A stretch of DNA of 62,276 nt from a virus (IMGVR_UViG_3300032317_000090:1-62276); one strand, 5' to 3'; positions 40,437 through 50,116 are shown, counted from the stretch's first letter. Program-made: numbers and translations. The notes: generated by a model from the sequence alone, not told the origin.

Positions 40437-40808
40437 TCAGGAATCCCAACTCGGGCGAGGTTGAAGGCATTGCTTAGCATCGCCGCAAAGCTCGACCTCT
40501 TCCCCGTTGTCCGAGTTACCCGGCTCAAGGAACCAATTAAAGTGGTGCGCCAGTCCGACGCACGCCTCACACGGGGAAGCGTAAGGCCCCGCCATGGTTT
40601 CCAGATCCGCCGAGAAGTGTTCAGCATCAAGCACCACATCGGCAAAGAACTCGCCGGGCTTTTCTGGATGCTCGGTGACGCGGATTTCCACGGAGCTTTC
40701 ACCGTCGGAAGCTGAGAAGGTATAGTCACCTTCCCCGATGGTAAACTCCCCGAATTCGGGGCAATCGTCATCGTCGGAAGGGTTGAAGTCGTCGGGATTG
40801 TAGGACAT
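40437..40808 (-). CDS. Highly acidic small protein
   Basis: Asp/Glu-rich, very few basic residues. Confidence 0.65.
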   Translation of the reverse strand: MSYNPDDFNPSDDDDCPEFGEFTIGEGDYTFSASDGESSVEIRVTEHPEKPGEFFADVVLDAEHFSADLETMAGPYASPCEACVGLAHHFNWFLEPGNSDNGEEVELCGDAKQCLQPRPSWDS

Positions 40809-40812
40809 GGCT

Positions 40813-41157
40813 TTACTTTTTGGTTACCAACACGCGAGAATGTTTCTTGAGAGTGACGGTGATTTCACCGCGAAGGGGAAGGGCTTTGCGAAAGGCCGCA
40901 GTCGCCCGCTTAATGGCCCGGCCATTGGATGACATCCAATCGGCGTCGAAGAAATCGCCACGGCTGAAGCCGGGGAACTCGATCGACTGCCGAAGGTTGA
41001 CGCAATCGGCCTTGCTGGTCACCCATTCGGCCTTGCAATACTCACCGGCGGCGAGCGTATGAAGGATCAGGGTTTTTGCGGCGGCGGCGGGCATGACGTT
41101 CGCCAGCTTGCGCGGCGCTCGTATCATGGTCATATTGTCAGGGTGATTGTGTTGCAC
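40813..41157 (-). CDS. Hypothetical protein
   Basis: Tightly packed in operon. Confidence 0.55.
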   Translation of the reverse strand: MQHNHPDNMTMIRAPRKLANVMPAAAAKTLILHTLAAGEYCKAEWVTSKADCVNLRQSIEFPGFSRGDFFDADWMSSNGRAIKRATAAFRKALPLRGEITVTLKKHSRVLVTKK

Positions 41158-41158
41158 G

Positions 41159-41797
41159 TTAGTCTTTTTTGATGATCGAGAAAAGGATGGTTGCCACGCC
41201 GGTTCCCTCCCGGGAAAAAGCGCCCGCCGGGATCTTCTCCCAGGTAGCCGCCAGCGGCCTCAAAGCACGCTCGCGGTGTTCCGTGTCGAGACAAAGCCCG
41301 GCCAGAACGCCGCCCGGCTTCAGGAATTGCAAAGCGTGAAGCGTATGGGCAATGTCTCGGCGCATCTTGAAAGGCGGATTCATCGCCACGGCATCGACCG
41401 GCGCGAGAACATCCGGCCCGATACCCAGGAAGTCCCCGCCCACGAGGCGCACACCTTCCCGCTCTTGCCGGTAAAGCTCCGCTTGGCACTCCGTCGCCTG
41501 CTCGATGGCCACGCCAGAAGCCCAGCCTGCGAGCGCCAAGGCATCAAGGAGCCGCCCCAGCCCGGCGGAAGGCTCAAGATAGCGCCCGCCCGGCTCCGGG
41601 GCAGGGAGAAGGGCCACTAAGCGCCGCGCAAGCTCCGGCGGAGTCTGAAACAGATTGAAAGCGAGAACTGGCCGGGGAGCGGTGCCGTTTTCGTGGCGGC
41701 CCCGGATGGCCTCGAACTGCGGGCGCAATGCCGCAAGCCTTTCGCCGCGTTCGTCATTGGCCATTCGTAAATTGTGCAAACGGTGAATTCCTTTCAT
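41159..41797 (-). CDS. N6-adenine DNA methyltransferase
   Basis: FQTP, LEPSAGLGRL (SAM binding), GDFL, MNPPF catalytic motif. Confidence 0.88.
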   Translation of the reverse strand: MKGIHRLHNLRMANDERGERLAALRPQFEAIRGRHENGTAPRPVLAFNLFQTPPELARRLVALLPAPEPGGRYLEPSAGLGRLLDALALAGWASGVAIEQATECQAELYRQEREGVRLVGGDFLGIGPDVLAPVDAVAMNPPFKMRRDIAHTLHALQFLKPGGVLAGLCLDTEHRERALRPLAATWEKIPAGAFSREGTGVATILFSIIKKD

Positions 41798-41836
41798 GGT
41801 GTCGTGAATGCTAAGCGTGATTGTCGAAAGCGTGCT

Positions 41837-42244
41837 TCAGTCGCAGCAACCGCAGCAAGGGGCGTCTTCGCACTTGCCGCGATAGCTCCGCCGCGCTTCC
41901 GGATGGCGGCGCGGCGCACGGTCAGAACGGTCTGCACGCTCGGGCCGGTGAATTTCCGCGCCAGAGTTGACGAAATGCTTGATTTGAGTTTCGAGCGTGG
42001 CCGCGATTAGGTGCGGGCTTTGCGCTTGCCCGGCATAGCTGGAACACGCGCGGAGGACTTCGAGAGCGCCCTTGTAGACCTCGCTGGACTCGCAAAAGGT
42101 CAGCCGGTTTTCTGGACACCATGCGATTTGATCTCCAGCCTTGAACGGTTGCCCGGTTTGAGCGCATACACCCGCATAGAGCGAGGCCATGAACTTAGGA
42201 GCCGGGGAAGTGTTGCGGAATTTCTTGCGGTAGGGATAAGGCAT
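41837..42244 (-). CDS. Hypothetical Cys-rich phage protein
   Basis: YAGVCAQTGQPFKAGDQI and terminal GKCEDAPCCGCC; start likely MPYPY. Confidence 0.65.
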   Translation of the reverse strand: MPYPYRKKFRNTSPAPKFMASLYAGVCAQTGQPFKAGDQIAWCPENRLTFCESSEVYKGALEVLRACSSYAGQAQSPHLIAATLETQIKHFVNSGAEIHRPERADRSDRAPRRHPEARRSYRGKCEDAPCCGCCD

Positions 42245-42323
42245 AGTTTTAAACGGGCGTTTCTTGCCCATCCTGGCCACCGGAAAGCCGGTGACCAGAA
42301 CGGAGAGGAACCACGCGAGAGGA

Positions 42324-43913
42324 TCACACGAGCGCCGCGACTGCTTCCGGCGCGGACTCCCAAACGGAAGCGGGCAACGGCTTCTGAGGCTTGTCAGTGA
42401 TGACAATCACCCGATCCTGATAGATGCACCCGCCAGCAGCACCGACTCGCACCTTGCAAACAGGTCCACCTAGCGCAGTTTCCCGCGCCCGCTCACCGTC
42501 GGACCAATAGGCCGAGACCGTGGTGCCAGTCCGGCGAAGTTGTTTGGTTTCACACCGGGAATACGTCCCCTTGGAGCGTTCGGAATATTGCTCTTGCGTC
42601 ATCCTGGCCACGACCGGCGCGGCCTCGTCGGATTTATAGGCCCGGCGAGCTTCCCGGCGAGAGATCACGCGAGCGTTCCAGAGGGCTTGGAGGCGTTCGG
42701 CGTCTGCGTCCGTTGGGTTGATAAGGGGGCAAGCCTCAACCTTCGGTGCTTTCGCTTTCTCGCTCGCAAGTTGCGCCTTGAGTTTCGCCCGGTCATCGTC
42801 CGTCGGTGGCGTATAGCTCGACTGACTGAGGCGCTCGACGTTCAGGACTTCGAGGAACCACGCGCCCGGTTCCGCCTTGTTTCCCCAGCGGTTACCCTCA
42901 CAGCGAACGGTGACCGAAACCACGGCCCCGGTTGCGCTCGATTTGTTCACCTTGCGGATTTGGTAGGGGCCAACATGCCCAGCAACTTCCATTTCCAGGG
43001 AGCCCGCCCGCCCGCCTTGCGCTTCCAGCATTTGCTTCTCGTAAGCAATGCGCAAGCGAAGGTGATTCATTGACCGAGCGTGGCCGGTAAAAGCGTACGC
43101 TTCGGATTCAGGGTCAATCTTGCCCGCCAGCCAAAGCGCCGCCGCCTCGTGTCCGGTGATCGGGGAAAGCTCGAACGTCAAAAGAGAATGCAGGGAAGTT
43201 GAATTTTTTGCAATGTAAGACTCGCCGCAAGTCTCCGGGCGTGGGTGGTGGAAATAGAGCCCGCACCCGCCACGATTGGCCAGATACAAAGCGAGCTTGC
43301 CCGCCTTTTCCGCGTCATCGGTGGCCGCAACCACGCCCCAACGCTTGAACTCCAAAGCGTAATCAGCCTCCCAGGATTCGGACTTCCGAAGATCGCTTTC
43401 TAGCTTCTTGATTCGGATGGCCCGCACGCCCGGCTTGCAAGCGTGCAAAGCGTGACGAATCACGCCGTCCGTTCGCCGGTGCCAATATTCGGCCCGATCC
43501 CAGGAGGACAGAGCGCGACCGGCGGCACGCTCCGCACGTCGCACGCTCGCGCCAGCGGCTCCGCCATTCTGGAAGCCATGCGCCCCGCCCGAGTAGTTCC
43601 CAGCGTGGCCCACGGCCTCACTGGTCCGCTTATCGCAATACTCCGCGAAACGCTCCGCCCGGTCGGCGGCCCGGTCGGCGGGAGATTGGTCTTCATCGTC
43701 GATGATCCCAGCGTAAGAAATGGCCGTTGACTCCCGCGCGGGCGTCCAGACTGCCACAAAGTCGCAATCTTGCTTAGGTGTTGAAGTCCAACCCTCAGCC
43801 CTCAGCGCCTCATATTCGGCCCGAGGAACCCGCCCGACATACAGGCGGATTTTATCATCCTCCGGGCAGTACGTGGCCGCGTTGCTTTCGCTAAACAATT
43901 CCGTATTATTCAT
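42324..43913 (-). CDS. DUF3560-domain protein
   Basis: ATYCPEDDKIRLY...WTPARE...DRAADRAERF...AEYWHRR...RAIRIKKLESDLRK. Confidence 0.75.
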   Translation of the reverse strand: MNNTELFSESNAATYCPEDDKIRLYVGRVPRAEYEALRAEGWTSTPKQDCDFVAVWTPARESTAISYAGIIDDEDQSPADRAADRAERFAEYCDKRTSEAVGHAGNYSGGAHGFQNGGAAGASVRRAERAAGRALSSWDRAEYWHRRTDGVIRHALHACKPGVRAIRIKKLESDLRKSESWEADYALEFKRWGVVAATDDAEKAGKLALYLANRGGCGLYFHHPRPETCGESYIAKNSTSLHSLLTFELSPITGHEAAALWLAGKIDPESEAYAFTGHARSMNHLRLRIAYEKQMLEAQGGRAGSLEMEVAGHVGPYQIRKVNKSSATGAVVSVTVRCEGNRWGNKAEPGAWFLEVLNVERLSQSSYTPPTDDDRAKLKAQLASEKAKAPKVEACPLINPTDADAERLQALWNARVISRREARRAYKSDEAAPVVARMTQEQYSERSKGTYSRCETKQLRRTGTTVSAYWSDGERARETALGGPVCKVRVGAAGGCIYQDRVIVITDKPQKPLPASVWESAPEAVAALV

Positions 43914-43995
43914 ATTCTCTCTATTTCGTTTGGTTCGTTGGATTACTCCACACTGGCCAGCGCATCCGTCCGGATGGCTGACCAGTCCGGAAAAA

Positions 43996-44253
43996 TCACG
44001 CTTTCCAGGCTAGTTGAACCGCTTCCCTCGCATCCGTTCCCGTGTTGGCAAGCTCCCTTGCCAGTTTCTCGCCATCCAGATTCAGCCGGTCAGCCCATTC
44101 TGAAACTCTCCAATCAGCGGAGAGAATGGCCAACCGTTGCCGGTAAGACTCAACCCATGAGGATACCCGCCCCCGTGGCCGTTTTTTGTAGACATACGGG
44201 GCCACGCGAAAGGCCTCGTTTTTTGCGTCGATTAGAGCTTGTGGAATTTCCAT
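43996..44253 (-). CDS. Hypothetical protein
   Basis: Follows strong promoter TTGACA-17-TATAGT. Confidence 0.6.
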   Translation of the reverse strand: MEIPQALIDAKNEAFRVAPYVYKKRPRGRVSSWVESYRQRLAILSADWRVSEWADRLNLDGEKLARELANTGTDAREAVQLAWKA

Positions 44254-44264
44254 GACCGTTCACC

Positions 44265-44293
44265 ACTATAACACCTATTAATCAGCCTGTCAA
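44265..44293 (-). promoter_or_regulatory. Near-consensus sigma70-type promoter with GGTGT
   Basis: TTGACA-ggctgattaataggtgt-TATAGT. Confidence 0.75.
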
Positions 44294-44323
44294 ACTGATT
44301 CCAGCCATTCGGCTAGACGCTTC

Positions 44324-44356
44324 AAAAAAAGCCCCGCCCTGCGAAGGACGAGACTT
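44324..44356 (-). terminator. Rho-independent terminator
   Basis: AAGTCTCGTCCT-TCGC-AGGGCGGGGC-T7. Confidence 0.8.
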
Positions 44357-44393
44357 AGAAACTTCCTAAATTGGTTTTCCATGGCCGGATGCC

Positions 44394-45215
44394 TCAGAGC
44401 TTTCCCGCTTCCCGCGACTGTCTGAGTTCTTCAACGAGTTCCTCAAATTTCGCCACCGTGTCAGGTAGATCCTTTGGAGTTTCCCGGATGATGAAATCGA
44501 ACGCTTTCCCGCAAATGTTAAAGCCATCCCCTTTCCATAAATCTAAATGCGTCCCGTAGCCGTCCTGATAGAATGCCGGAAACTCCGCCCGGAAAACTTC
44601 TTCCTGATGACGGAAGATCAGCCGCCGGAATGCGGACCCGTGACACGTCCAGAACGCCAGAGAATCGACATCCAGGGACTCACCGGCGGATTTTAGCTTG
44701 ATCGACTCTAAGAGTTCAACTTCCGGAGCCATAACAAGCCCTACGGACTTTCCGCGCGTTGCGACATAGAGTTCAACGCGGTCACCGCTTGATTCAATCC
44801 AATCAACGAGCGCCAAAACCATTGCACCACGTAGGGCAAGCCGATCGTTTGAAACCGTCCAATTGGCTCCCAACTGTGCGCCGATAGTCCAAACTTTAGG
44901 CGAACGCTTGCGCGTGAACCGCCCCATACATTCGGGAATGCCGGAAGTGAACCGCCCCATATCCACAAAGGAGCCCGCGACATCGTAACGAGTTGAAACC
45001 TTCCGCGCCGCTTGTGTCAATTCAGCCGCCGGAGCCGCTAACCTTGGCGAGTCGGGCCACCCCTTTTCGACAAGATCAACCGCAGACTCAAAGCTAACGC
45101 CATGCCATGCGGATTCCGGACTTGCCCAACTTGACTGATAAGGATGGAACTGCTCTTTTCCCGCCAAGCTGGCCAGGAATTCAGACGGGGAATCGTAATT
45201 TTTGACAATATGCAC
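44394..45215 (-). CDS. vWA-like partner of AAA+ ATPase
   Basis: DVAGSFVDMGRFTSGIPECM...RGAMVLALVDWIE...FRRLIF; adjacent to MoxR-type AAA. Confidence 0.65.
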   Translation of the reverse strand: MHIVKNYDSPSEFLASLAGKEQFHPYQSSWASPESAWHGVSFESAVDLVEKGWPDSPRLAAPAAELTQAARKVSTRYDVAGSFVDMGRFTSGIPECMGRFTRKRSPKVWTIGAQLGANWTVSNDRLALRGAMVLALVDWIESSGDRVELYVATRGKSVGLVMAPEVELLESIKLKSAGESLDVDSLAFWTCHGSAFRRLIFRHQEEVFRAEFPAFYQDGYGTHLDLWKGDGFNICGKAFDFIIRETPKDLPDTVAKFEELVEELRQSREAGKL

Positions 45216-45219
45216 GGCG

Positions 45220-46389
45220 TTAGGATAGTAATTTAGCTTTCACGCTTTCGGCGCATCCCTTGAAAATGAGCATTTCCAGAACATCCGGAACGTCAAAACC
45301 AGCTTCCAAAAGCGCCGCGCCCTTGAACGTAGCCCGAGGAGAAGCGATGATGCGTAATTGAAGCTTTTCAGCCTTACGCCGAATGTCCCGGACTTTCTCA
45401 AACCACCAATGAAAAGGAGCCGGACAGATCGCCCTTTCCATTACTTCATCATACGGCCAATCCAGAAACGTGAACCTGTCCCGTGTAGCTCCGTCCATTT
45501 CACACCGCCCGACATAGGTCGCATTGGCACCCGTTCCGAACGTGTTAGCCGTCGCGATACAGACAAAATCCGGATGTCTTGAAACCATGCCATCGGGAAA
45601 GCTACAACGCTTGTTTTCGAGAGCCGAATTCAAAGCGCTGAGGACGTTCGCCGAACCGTTGTCGATTTCATCGGCAACGAACACGCCCCCGAACTCGTAA
45701 CATTCCCGGAACGTCGTTCTGACATAGCCGGTTGCATTCACAAAGCCGAAAAAGGCCGTTTCAGTGGTTTGCTCGCATAGGCTAAGAGAGCCCGCAGACA
45801 GCCCGAGAAAGTCAGCGGTTTGAAATGCCGTTGAAGTCTTGAACGAGCCCGCCGGACCTACTAAATAGGCGTGTTGCCGCGCCCGGATGATTTTCAGAAG
45901 CTTTTCGAAGCGAAAGTGAGTTAAGCCCGCGCTCTTCACCGTCCCATCTTCCAGCTTAGCAACCAAGACTTCCCGCTGAGGCGTCAAGCTGGCCAGCTTG
46001 TCCCGCATTGCGTCAAGCTCCGCTCGTAGCTCTCCAATCGCTTGCTCCGCTGTCTTCCCATCCTTTTGCGCAATCCACGGATTCAAGGCACTGGCCAGCA
46101 ATTCAGCCAATGAATCCTGATGACTTGGCGGAGAGTAGGGAGCCGAAAGCGTAGAAGTCGGAGCTTGCACGCTTTCACCATCGGAGCTTCCGGGGCGGGA
46201 TCGCTTGGTATATGTCCGAGTTTCGAATTGTTTTGGATCTATTCCCCTGGCATCAAGGATTCCGTCACAGGTTTCGGAATTCATGAAAGCAATCGGGCCG
46301 TAGCCGTTTAGGGTGATTTTCCCGGAGCTTACAAGCTCCCGAATTGCATCCCGTTTGCGCTCAATTGGAGCTTTTCCGCGTGTTTTCAT
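45220..46389 (-). CDS. MoxR/CbbQ-type AAA+ ATPase
   Basis: GPAGSFKT, VADEID, HPDFVCIATANT, DGATRDRF; start may be 46389 or 46488. Confidence 0.88.
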   Translation of the reverse strand: MKTRGKAPIERKRDAIRELVSSGKITLNGYGPIAFMNSETCDGILDARGIDPKQFETRTYTKRSRPGSSDGESVQAPTSTLSAPYSPPSHQDSLAELLASALNPWIAQKDGKTAEQAIGELRAELDAMRDKLASLTPQREVLVAKLEDGTVKSAGLTHFRFEKLLKIIRARQHAYLVGPAGSFKTSTAFQTADFLGLSAGSLSLCEQTTETAFFGFVNATGYVRTTFRECYEFGGVFVADEIDNGSANVLSALNSALENKRCSFPDGMVSRHPDFVCIATANTFGTGANATYVGRCEMDGATRDRFTFLDWPYDEVMERAICPAPFHWWFEKVRDIRRKAEKLQLRIIASPRATFKGAALLEAGFDVPDVLEMLIFKGCAESVKAKLLS

Positions 46390-46393
46390 AGTG

Positions 46394-46609
46394 TCAGGCG
46401 GAATGAATCCGAATGAAGTCTTGCGCGCTTTCAATGGTTTGAATTTGCCGCTCGTAGGAGCCGTCACGGTAGCTTTCCCGGATTTCATAACCGCCGGTGT
46501 TCCAGCATTCTTGAACCCTAACTTTCAGATTAGGGTAAATCTCCGAAATCTGCCGAGCGAATTCCCTCGCCTGTTTGCGGCTCAAACCGCCCTCTTTGAT
46601 TTTTCTCAT
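46394..46609 (-). CDS. Hypothetical protein (first gene of left early arm)
   Basis: ATG ORF fitting in front of AAA gene. Confidence 0.5.
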   Translation of the reverse strand: MRKIKEGGLSRKQAREFARQISEIYPNLKVRVQECWNTGGYEIRESYRDGSYERQIQTIESAQDFIRIHSA

Positions 46610-46800
46610 GATTTTGACTTTCTGTTAGGGTTTCAATAGTCGAACGCCCACGACATCCGGCCCGTTTGAATCCGGCCCGGCCTTTTCGCACGTTCGGCAT
46701 TTTCCGGGACAAAAGCCCAATTCCCTCCGATTCGAGTTTTAATGATGGTTTTAGCAGGTTTCCCTGCTCCGTTTGCTTGCGTGTTTTTCTTCACAAGCGG

Positions 46801-46829
46801 ATATTAACACCTATTAACACCTATTCAAG
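46801..46829 (-). promoter_or_regulatory. Promoter with tandem AATAGGTGTT repeats
   Basis: TTGAAT-aggtgttaataggtgt-TAATAT. Confidence 0.65.
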
Positions 46830-46992
46830 CAGTTTCTTGATAATCCACGCTTTTTAATACTTTTCCCCGATGGCGGCCACGCTTTCACGCTTCGACCTAT
46901 GCTCATTCAGCATCAAACCGGCCTTTCCTATACTTGAACGGTATTGAATTTTAATGGCAGGAAAGCGCGATTTTAGGGCTCAAAATTTTCCG

Positions 46993-47028
46993 CTTGAACG
47001 CTCAAGCTCCCGTCTTTGAGCGTTCAAG
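46993..47028. repeat. Perfect 13-bp inverted repeat
   Basis: CTTGAACGCTCAA-10 nt-TTGAGCGTTCAAG. Confidence 0.85.
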
Positions 47029-47933
47029 ATGATTTCCTTGATGGCTCAAATTGCCGGCAATGGCGCTTGATGGCTTTTAAGCCATGTTTCCCGGTGTTTT
47101 CATGGCTTGGCGGTAATGATGCCGGAAAGCGTGGAGTGAGCGTGAAAGCGTGATTTAACGGGGAAAGCGTGGCCGAATTCGGACACGGTGAAAGCTCCTC
47201 CAAGGAGCTTGAAAGCGTGGCAAAGTGGGAGCTTGGAAGGATGGGAACTGGATGGCGACGGTTGACCGAGCTGGTTTTTTGTTTGGATGATGGACGAATA
47301 GGGGGACAGGGATTTACGGGGTTGATAGGCTTAGCATCTTGGTAACCCGACCAATTTAGTAGGGAACTCGGTCACCTTGCATGGCCGAAATATGGGCCAG
47401 CATCTTGGTTAAAGCGATCAGACACGGCTCAAATCCCGCAGCGTGTCCCATGGTCAAGCTGGAAAGCTCCTAGCGCACCCTTGAGGGCTTTAAACCCTGT
47501 TAGAGTAGTGTTCAATTGAATCGCGGCTATTCATTATGGTTGTTGTCCGAAGTTATAACACGCATTCGGCGGATCGGATTCGGCCCGCCCTCCTATCTGC
47601 TTTCCCGGTTTGCCATGCCACCGATTACCGAGTGACCCTAAGCCACGCTTGCACAGGACTCTCGTTAGCGGGACTGTCTGAGGTGGGCTGAGGTGCATCG
47701 GTTAGGCCACCCCACCGGGGGCACCCCCACCCGCCCCCGGCCCCGGCTCCGCGCGGGGAGAGCCTCACGTCACAAAATACGCCCATTTCCATCCTAACAC
47801 TGCAACTATTTCCCGCCTGGAAACGGTTCCCTCTGGCCGCGTAATAGCGACGCCAGTTTTCCAGGCGCTCCAGTCCCGCCCCGGCCACCCGGCAGAAAAA
47901 AATCACCCGTGGAAATCGCGCTCACAGCAAACA

Positions 47934-47972
47934 GGTGTTGACCCGTTGCCGAATGGTGTTACAATCACGGTC
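47934..47972 (+). promoter_or_regulatory. GGTGTT-repeat promoter, probably leaderless
   Basis: TTGACC-16-TACAAT-7nt-ATG; GGTGTT at 47934 and 47955. Confidence 0.75.
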
Positions 47973-48209
47973 ATGAAATACGGTGACTATGTGGAACTCG
48001 CGGCGGCCTTCAAATCCGGCGAACTCGGGAAGGGCTATTTGCTTGTCCTCGATAAAGGCGGCACTGAGAATACACTAACCTTCTACGACCCGGACCTTTC
48101 CGAAGAGGAAAACGGGCGTCGCCAGGATGAGTGCGCTGAACTTTTTAACCCTGATTTCGGTGTCGAACCGATGCTTGAGGCGCTTGGAATCCCGTTCGAG
48201 TGGGCCTGA
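47973..48209 (+). CDS. Hypothetical acidic protein
   Basis: ATG 7 nt after -10 box. Confidence 0.65.
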   Translation: MKYGDYVELAAAFKSGELGKGYLLVLDKGGTENTLTFYDPDLSEEENGRRQDECAELFNPDFGVEPMLEALGIPFEWA

Positions 48210-48213
48210 CGCC

Positions 48214-48456
48214 ATGAAAGTCATTATCGAAGACGCCATCGGGCTCAAGGGTTTCCGCGAAATCCCGGAAATGACCCGGGAGAACATCTGGCCCACGATC
48301 AACATCCCGATCATTCACGGGGAGTCTGCGCTACGGCGTGGCCGGAAGCCTCCAATCGTAATTCCAATGGTCGGCGTTCGGTCGCGGCGCTTCGACCTCG
48401 TGAAAGGCGAAGCCTTCGACATCACGCCCCATTACCGGGAACATATCAGCGAATAG
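48214..48456 (+). CDS. Hypothetical protein
   Basis: ATG right after the previous stop. Confidence 0.55.
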   Translation: MKVIIEDAIGLKGFREIPEMTRENIWPTINIPIIHGESALRRGRKPPIVIPMVGVRSRRFDLVKGEAFDITPHYREHISE

Positions 48457-48494
48457 GTGTTGATCTTTTCCGCAAAGGTGTTATCTTACCGGCC
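48456..48494 (+). promoter_or_regulatory. GGTGTT-repeat promoter, probably leaderless
   Basis: TTGATC-16-TATCTT-7nt-ATG; GGTGTT at 48456 and 48477. Confidence 0.7.
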
Positions 48495-48755
48495 ATGGAA
48501 GATAGAATTGAACTCAATGGTGGTCACATGCAACGGCGGCATCATGCGGTCGGCTGGACCCTACACGACGAAGACGAGAAGCTGATCTGCATCGTGCCGG
48601 TCGAGAACACTGGTGGAGCCAAGGAAATTGGCATCGACGTTCTCTCGGCAATCCAAGCCGCGTTCAAGGCCGGTGAAGCCGCCGGAGCTTCTACCGAGCG
48701 CCGGGCCATCACCTACGGCGTCAAGGTCTTTTGCCGAGCGCTTCAACTAGATTGA
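48495..48755 (+). CDS. Hypothetical protein
   Basis: Promoter-adjacent ATG. Confidence 0.65.
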   Translation: MEDRIELNGGHMQRRHHAVGWTLHDEDEKLICIVPVENTGGAKEIGIDVLSAIQAAFKAGEAAGASTERRAITYGVKVFCRALQLD

Positions 48756-48763
48756 ATCCACCG

Positions 48764-49243
48764 ATGGACCCGAAGAAAATCCCAGCCAAGGGAGAAATTC
48801 CCCGCCCGCCATATCCAGCCGCCGCCTACAATCCGCCGATGGCCTCGCCGCCACCGGCTCCCCGGCCAGTCATTACCTGCGCTTACTGCGGCCACGAATA
48901 TCCCGAGGGAACGCCCGCGTTCCAGCATGAGCAACTCACCATGCACATTCGGATTTGCGACCAACATCCGATGCGCAAAGCTGAGGAACGGATTCGTGAA
49001 CTTGAGGCGAGACTCGCCGCCCGCTCCGCCGTCGGCTGGCGTCCAATCGCCACGGCTCCGAAAACGTCAGTCTCGATCATCGTTTGGTGTCCGGAAAACC
49101 GCTGTCAATTCATGGTGTCGTGGCACCGCGAGGACGGCTGGCTTATTTTTGGCCCCGGACGAATGAAGCTCGATTGCGTCCCGACCCATTGGCGGCCTTG
49201 CGCCCCGAGCCCAATCCTTGAATTCAAAACCCCGGAAGCGTGA
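48764..49243 (+). CDS. Zn-finger plus DUF551-like protein
   Basis: CAYCGH...HIRICDQHP; WRPIATAPK...PTHWRP. Confidence 0.7.
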   Translation: MDPKKIPAKGEIPRPPYPAAAYNPPMASPPPAPRPVITCAYCGHEYPEGTPAFQHEQLTMHIRICDQHPMRKAEERIRELEARLAARSAVGWRPIATAPKTSVSIIVWCPENRCQFMVSWHREDGWLIFGPGRMKLDCVPTHWRPCAPSPILEFKTPEA

Positions 49244-49677
49244 GTCACGATCTCAACATTGAAGACGAGCGCCGGATTGCCGACCAACTCGCCCAGCTTG
49301 AATGCTCCGAAGTCGTCGCGCTTCACGCTTCGCCTAACCATGAAGCTCGCCCGCCGCGAATCGTCATCGTTGACCGGCCACGGCTTCCAGCTTCACCGCT
49401 GGCGCTCATGACACTCATGGCCGGTTCCGTCATGGCCGGACTGCCGGATTCAATCGGGCCGGTCTACACGCTCCAGCCGTCGCCGCCGATGCCAAAATTC
49501 GACCTTGGCGGCTATGCGCCTTGCGTCCGTGGCCGCAACCGGGAGCGCAAGGCCGGGGAACCGTTCCAAGATTCAAAGGGACAATGGTTCCAGAGAATCA
49601 AAGGAGGAATCAGAAAAATTCAGCCGCCTTCGGCGGCGCTCAGTGAGGAACAGAAAGAAGAAAATGGACCTGAATAA
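49240..49677 (+). CDS. Hypothetical protein
   Basis: GTGA-coupled. Confidence 0.5.
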   Translation: MSHDLNIEDERRIADQLAQLECSEVVALHASPNHEARPPRIVIVDRPRLPASPLALMTLMAGSVMAGLPDSIGPVYTLQPSPPMPKFDLGGYAPCVRGRNRERKAGEPFQDSKGQWFQRIKGGIRKIQPPSAALSEEQKEENGPE

Positions 49678-50014
49678 ACTCGCTCAAGAAATCCACGCCG
49701 GAAACCACAAATGGTGGCACGACCCGGCCACCGGCCAAAAGCTCGAACGCAACAAGGGTGAGCTTCTCTGCCTCATTCATTCCGAGATTTCGGAAGCGAT
49801 GGAGGGCGAGCGCCGGGGATTGATGGATGACAAGTTGCCGCTCCGGCCCATGGCAGAAGTCGAACTTGCGGATGCGCTCATCCGAATTCTCGATTACGCC
49901 GCCGGATTCGGCTACGACATCGAAGGAGCCGTGGTGGAAAAGCTCGCCTACAACGCCATCCGCAAAGATCACACGCACGAAGCTAGGGCACAAGCCGACG
50001 GCAAGAAGTGGTGA
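49664..50014 (+). CDS. MazG-like NTP pyrophosphohydrolase
   Basis: LIHSEISEAMEG...EVELADALIRILD...KLAYNAIR. Confidence 0.85.
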   Translation: MDLNKLAQEIHAGNHKWWHDPATGQKLERNKGELLCLIHSEISEAMEGERRGLMDDKLPLRPMAEVELADALIRILDYAAGFGYDIEGAVVEKLAYNAIRKDHTHEARAQADGKKW

Positions 50015-50116
50015 CCAATCGGGCAAGTCGAAACATCGAGCGCCCTCGGTGCCGCCGGAGCACATTTGCAAGCCCGCGAATCGCGACGCGGGCATCCGGC
50101 AACTTTCTATAAAGCC

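Noticed and set aside
47124-47220. GAAAGCGTGG resembling a 16S rRNA segment
   Set aside because: Only about 10 nt match; better explained as variants of the AGCGTGA motif
46610-47933. CRISPR array or tRNA cluster in the non-coding gap
   Set aside because: No regularly spaced long repeats and no cloverleaf/TTCGA-arm pattern found
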